Source: Spirochaetales bacterium (GTDB lineage Bacteria; Spirochaetota; Spirochaetia; JABEVK01). From it: a stretch of DNA of 64,000 bases. Positions 60,113 through 64,000 of this stretch are shown here, one piece after another. The stretch spans positions 32,001 through 96,000 of the forward strand of contig JBAXAI010000002.1 in the NCBI GenBank assembly GCA_037142615.1, written 5' to 3'. Both the position numbers and the translations under genes were made by a program. Every line of letters starts with the position of its first letter. Positions within the stretch are counted from its first letter, which is position 1. Below the pieces are notes generated by a model that saw nothing but the letters and a program-made list of their open reading frames with translations, was not told where the DNA came from and ran no database searches.

Positions 60113-61858
60113 CTAACCCAGTGGCATCTCGATCGGGTTGGCCTTTTTGTTGGCAAGCCAGTCCCCGTTCTCGGCGAGGGCTTCCTTGCCCAAGGCAAAC
60201 AAAAGCCCCTCGACCGTGGCCCCGTTCGTGCCAGCCGCCAGGATCTTCTTTTTTCCAAGACCAAACAGGCGGGCCATCCGGCGGTACTGCCGTTCTTCCT
60301 CTTCCTTCCCGGTCACCTCGGCAAAGGTAGCCAGCGCCGTACCGATACCCAGCAGCGTGTCGAAGGCGAACATCAGCCAGGGGAAGGCGAGCTTTTCCTT
60401 GATCTCAGACAGGTTCTGCCAATCCAATTCCGGGTTCTCGAGCACCTGGAAGATTTGCAAACCCACGACCCCCACAAGCGCCGCCAGCGAGAGGACAAAG
60501 AGGGTGCCGGTTCGCAAGCGCTGTCGGCTCTGCTGCTTTTCGCGGGTCTCGCTGGTGCGTCCGAAGTACTTCTCCTGATCGGCGACCCAGGCTTTCGTGG
60601 CGATTTCGAGACCTTCCTTCGTCACCCCCGAAAGGGCTTCGTTTTCGGCCTCGAGGTCGACGGCACGGAGCGCCATCAGGATCCAGGCCATGCTGCCCCG
60701 GTATTTCTGCAGGTAGTGGTCTCCCACGTGCTCCCCAACCCCGGCGATGCGCCAGTACAACTGAACCCGCAGGCCTTCGGCCAGGGCTCGGCAGTCCACG
60801 TAGTCGTTATCCCAACCCCTCCGGTTGGCGATCAACGTGACCAAAAGCCCAAAGGCGAGAAGGCCGAGGGCCAAAGCGAGAGTTCCCGTAAAAGGGGCCA
60901 GTTCGACAAACAACGACAGGAGAGAGAACGCCGAGGCCGCCATGACGAAGAGCAGGATCAAGGTTTTTACAACCCGCTTTTGCAGCCGCTGGGCCAGCAC
61001 GTCGGCCACCGCAGCCCAATGCAGCACCGACTTCGTTCCGGCGTTGAGGGTTTCTGCGGTCTTCTCGTCCAGCAGGTAGCTCTTGGTGAGCTTGAGGGCC
61101 GCCTGGTCCAGACTTGCAGCCGAAAGCCGGTTGAAGTGATCCAGCGACGACAAGCCCTGCATAAAGACGTCGCCCAGCCTTTCTTCCTTGTCTTGCGACC
61201 ACGACTGGGGGAGCAATACCGAGTAATCTTGGCCTTCGTCAGGGCAGTAGCAGGCAATTTCGCGCTGACCGGGTTGGAGCGTTTCAGGGTCATGCGACAC
61301 CCTCGCCGCGAACAGATGAAAAACCGTCCCGAAGTCGGGGGTTTCCAGTGGGCTGTGCTTTCCTCCGAACTCTGCGGGAACACCGTTGAGCTTGAACTCG
61401 ACGCACTGGGCGGTTCCCCCCGGCTCGTGGTGGTTCTTCCCGTTCCATAACGCAACCAGCAGGTGGGTGTGCTCGGCGAGGTACCGGGCCAGTTGAAGGT
61501 AACGGTGGTCAGGCTGCGCTGAAACCGGCAACTCAACCACCAGTTTGGCTCGCGACAGCAGGCGTTGGAAGGTCTCGAGGCTGAGCCCTGAAAAGTCTTT
61601 TTCATAGTCGGCCACCGGCACCGGCAAGACCGCGACCAGTTCGAAGCCCAGATCCAGGGCTACCTCGGCCACCAGACGGTCGGCCCCTTCGGCCAGGCCC
61701 GAGAGCAAGCGGAAAGGGCTCGATGGGAACTTGGAACGGAGTTCACTCAGCGTCCGGCGGACCTGCTGCGTGAGCTGCACGAGGTCTTGGGGTCTCAAAT
61801 CCCGGTGGCCGGTGACTCCCAAGGTAATGGGGAGGCCTGAATGGGTGGGTGGCGTCAT
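60113..61858 (-). CDS. SLOG-domain protein with two SLATT/DUF4231-like 2TM modules (predicted nucleotide-gated membrane effector)
   Basis: SLOG motifs LGVTGHR, SGLAEGAD, LVALWNG, GGTAQCV; C-terminal TM pairs with W...RALAEGLR, WVADQEKYF, YRRM and ENGDW motifs. Confidence 0.75.
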   Translation of the reverse strand: MTPPTHSGLPITLGVTGHRDLRPQDLVQLTQQVRRTLSELRSKFPSSPFRLLSGLAEGADRLVAEVALDLGFELVAVLPVPVADYEKDFSGLSLETFQRLLSRAKLVVELPVSAQPDHRYLQLARYLAEHTHLLVALWNGKNHHEPGGTAQCVEFKLNGVPAEFGGKHSPLETPDFGTVFHLFAARVSHDPETLQPGQREIACYCPDEGQDYSVLLPQSWSQDKEERLGDVFMQGLSSLDHFNRLSAASLDQAALKLTKSYLLDEKTAETLNAGTKSVLHWAAVADVLAQRLQKRVVKTLILLFVMAASAFSLLSLFVELAPFTGTLALALGLLAFGLLVTLIANRRGWDNDYVDCRALAEGLRVQLYWRIAGVGEHVGDHYLQKYRGSMAWILMALRAVDLEAENEALSGVTKEGLEIATKAWVADQEKYFGRTSETREKQQSRQRLRTGTLFVLSLAALVGVVGLQIFQVLENPELDWQNLSEIKEKLAFPWLMFAFDTLLGIGTALATFAEVTGKEEEERQYRRMARLFGLGKKKILAAGTNGATVEGLLFALGKEALAENGDWLANKKANPIEMPLG

Positions 61859-61880
61859 AGTTTCCTCACTGGCAACCAGT

Positions 61881-63419
61881 CTACTTCATTTTCGAGACGA
61901 TTTTGCGTACCCCTTCCTCGAAGTACTCGTGGCGTAGATGCACGCCGTCAAAGCGAAGGGCCTGGTGGATTTCGGGCGGCAAGGAATCGCTCGCGGGTTG
62001 CACAAAGTCGGGCTTGAACACGGGAATGATGTTCATCTTGGTGCGGATGGCCTCGCGGATTTCGTTGGCAACCCAGTCGTCGGCTTGCTGGCACCGGTCC
62101 AGCGCACCGGCAGAGAGCAGAAGAACGAAGTTTTTCGAACTTCGGATGCTCCCCATGATCTGGTCGTCAAACGCTCCGGCCTGCATGGACTTCACGTCGA
62201 GGAACACGTTTTTGCCTTCGCCGGCCAGCCTCGCGTACAGCGCCCAGACCGCGTCGGCGCCCCCGTTTCTGCGGTAGCTGATAAAGGCATCCAGCGGACC
62301 TGTCTTGGCAACCATTTTCAGCGGCGAGCCGTAGAGCTCGGCCATGCCTTGCAGAACCTCGGCGCGCCCGAGCACGGTGCCTGCCCGGGGCGAGTCCACA
62401 ATCGTGAAGTCGTGCCCGCGCCCGTCGTACCAAGGGTCCTCGTTGTCGCAATACCCGTCGTAGCGGGGCGAGCCGCCGCGCTGCTGCCCCAGTTCGGCTC
62501 GTTTCTGGGTTTCGCGCCGCTCGAGCTCGTACCCCAACTGCGGCAGGTGGTAGGCACCCGACGGATCGACCGAAATCACAAAGCGGTAGGGTTGCCCGTC
62601 TTTCTCGTAGGGGTACACCAAAACAGCCTGATCGGGCAGGGTTTCCCTCACCCAATACTTGGCGAGCACGCTGCGCGGCTGCCGCGAAAAGGCGAACGCC
62701 TTGACCTTCTCTGAAAGAGCATCTCGTTTGGGCAGAAAGAGTTCCAGCGTGGTCGAGTCGAGTTTGTCGCCTTCAAAGAGGGCTTGATCGGCCATGAGGC
62801 GGTCGGCGACCTCCTGGAAGTCTGCCGTAGGCTCGCAGGGCTCCAGAAAGTCGGCAGCCGTCAAGTTGCGGCCCCGAGTCTCGATGATCTGCGCGACCAG
62901 GTTTCGGCCCTGAATCAGGCACTGCTCGTGGCCGCGAAGTGTATTCATCAGCATGAGGTACAAAAGGAAGGGGCGAACGGGTTTGCCTTCGACACGGGCC
63001 AGGCCCTGGTCGATGCGGTTGGTGGCCTCAACCAGCGCCCGCGTAACACCGTCGTCGGGCAGGCGGCCGTTTTGCAGCAGATAATCGACCAGGTAGTACC
63101 CACACACCCCATCCCAGTCGGGCGCCTGGTGCGTCGTGAACTGGAACTTCAGCTCGCTGCCCTCGAGCTTGCCTCCCGAGTAGTAGGTTCGGTTGAGCGG
63201 CGCCAGCAGGTGGTCGAGCACGAACTGCGGATTGCGGGCAATGGCCTCGGTCGAGCTCTCGGGCCCATCCAAAAGGTGATGGTGGTCCAAAATGCCGGGC
63301 TCAAGCCGGTTGCCCACATCGACAAACACGCGCCCGGGCTCGGGCGACACCGTCGAACCGTGGCCTAGGAACTCGTACCTCCATTGACGGGAGACGCCCA
63401 AATCGATCGTACCTAACAT
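61881..63419 (-). CDS. Permuted DHH-like phosphoesterase domain fused to a C-terminal SARM1-like TIR domain
   Basis: ATG 63419 after AAGGAG (512 aa). N-terminal VDVGN, LDHHH, THQAPDWDG; C-terminal DAFISYRR...VFLD...FVLLLS...DWVANEI with a Glu at the TIR catalytic position. Confidence 0.8.
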   Translation of the reverse strand: MLGTIDLGVSRQWRYEFLGHGSTVSPEPGRVFVDVGNRLEPGILDHHHLLDGPESSTEAIARNPQFVLDHLLAPLNRTYYSGGKLEGSELKFQFTTHQAPDWDGVCGYYLVDYLLQNGRLPDDGVTRALVEATNRIDQGLARVEGKPVRPFLLYLMLMNTLRGHEQCLIQGRNLVAQIIETRGRNLTAADFLEPCEPTADFQEVADRLMADQALFEGDKLDSTTLELFLPKRDALSEKVKAFAFSRQPRSVLAKYWVRETLPDQAVLVYPYEKDGQPYRFVISVDPSGAYHLPQLGYELERRETQKRAELGQQRGGSPRYDGYCDNEDPWYDGRGHDFTIVDSPRAGTVLGRAEVLQGMAELYGSPLKMVAKTGPLDAFISYRRNGGADAVWALYARLAGEGKNVFLDVKSMQAGAFDDQIMGSIRSSKNFVLLLSAGALDRCQQADDWVANEIREAIRTKMNIIPVFKPDFVQPASDSLPPEIHQALRFDGVHLRHEYFEEGVRKIVSKMK

Positions 63420-63540
63420 TGGTTGCTCCTTGCGTGGTCCAAACGTTCCATTAGTATTGTTCCGAGGGTGCCCTGGGTGCAAGGTGGGGCGGGAACAAAG
63501 AAGTCGTTCGACAGAGGACTCGTCATGGAGTTTCTCTGCC

Positions 63541-63570
63541 TTGACCCCCCTCCTGAGTGTGCCCTAGACT
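63541..63570 (+). promoter_or_regulatory. Possible sigma70 promoter for lysA (TTGACC-N18-TAGACT)
   Basis: Near-consensus -35/-10 about 65 bp upstream of the lysA start. Confidence 0.4.
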
Positions 63571-63635
63571 TAGCCACGAGAGTGATGACTGCTCGCGGCC
63601 AACAAGTGTTTCCCTGCCGAAGATCGGAGGTTGAA

Positions 63636-64000
63636 ATGAGTAACTGGCAAGTTCCTGGCTATCTTCAGCAGGTTGATGGACGCCTTCACATGGATGGAAT
63701 CGACGTTTCGTCCTTGGCGAAGCGATATGGTACTCCTCTTTTTGTGTTTTCTGAGAAGCGAATCCGTCACAATGTTGCCCAAGTGCAGGAAGCCTTTCAT
63801 AACAGCCACGTGCAAACTCGGATCTTTTACGCCAGCAAGGCAAACTCCAACTTGGCCGTGCTCCAAATTTTAAGGAGTACCGGAATCGACATCGAAGTTA
63901 ACAGTGGCGGCGAACTCTACAAAGCACTCCAAGCCGGCTTCCAACCCGACCAGATCATTTTCAATGGAGTAGCCAAGACAGAGGACGAAATAGCAGAAGC
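63636..64000 (+). CDS. lysA: Diaminopimelate decarboxylase, 5' part (runs off the window)
   Basis: Not in the ORF track. Hand translation from ATG 63636 (RBS GGAGG): ...RYGTPLFVFSE...FYASKANSNLAVL...EVNSGGELYKA...IIFNGVAKT (PLP lysine motif). Confidence 0.85.
   Translation, partial: MSNWQVPGYLQQVDGRLHMDGIDVSSLAKRYGTPLFVFSEKRIRHNVAQVQEAFHNSHVQTRIFYASKANSNLAVLQILRSTGIDIEVNSGGELYKALQAGFQPDQIIFNGVAKTEDEIAE

Noticed and set aside
60113-61858. Calling the SLOG protein ThsA, DprA or a LOG enzyme
   Set aside because: No SIR2 or Macro domain is visible, there is no DprA architecture or PGGxGTxxE LOG motif, and it carries TM modules.
63420-63635. Lysine riboswitch upstream of lysA
   Set aside because: The likely leader is only ~60 nt and I recognise no L-box motifs; an Rfam scan would settle it.

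Overview
GC-rich bacterial window from a probable diderm (TolC-type gene present; the mix of Firmicute-like sugar ABC systems and periplasmic-looking binding proteins would fit a free-living spirochaete, which is an unverified inference). From left to right: (1) myo-inositol catabolism (iolG, iolD, LacI-family regulator, iolE) plus a GH28-like hydrolase; (2) a large glycan-utilisation region with GH95, two GH127, GH2, GH116, two sugar ABC importers, an AraC-type sensor, a two-component system, and a mannose/hexose-phosphate module (two cupin phosphoglucose isomerases, a long PMI, ROK kinase, GntR); (3) a MacAB-TolC-type exporter behind a sigma54-like promoter; (4) a nitrate-respiration block (narK1K2, Crp/Fnr regulator, moa/mob/moe/mod, mop, narGHJI) with three TTG-N8-CAA boxes; (5) a two-gene operon encoding a motif-permuted DHH-like domain fused to a SARM1-like TIR, plus a SLOG-SLATT(x2) membrane protein, which is the best candidate for an undescribed Thoeris-like nucleotide-signalling defence system; (6) the start of lysA. 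A degenerate, twice-deleted copy of the tolC 5' end and its upstream region (41294-41819) sits at 23201-23334 and brackets an ~18 kb block. I saw no rRNA, tRNA, CRISPR array or transposase. All family calls come from motif recognition by eye, not database searches.
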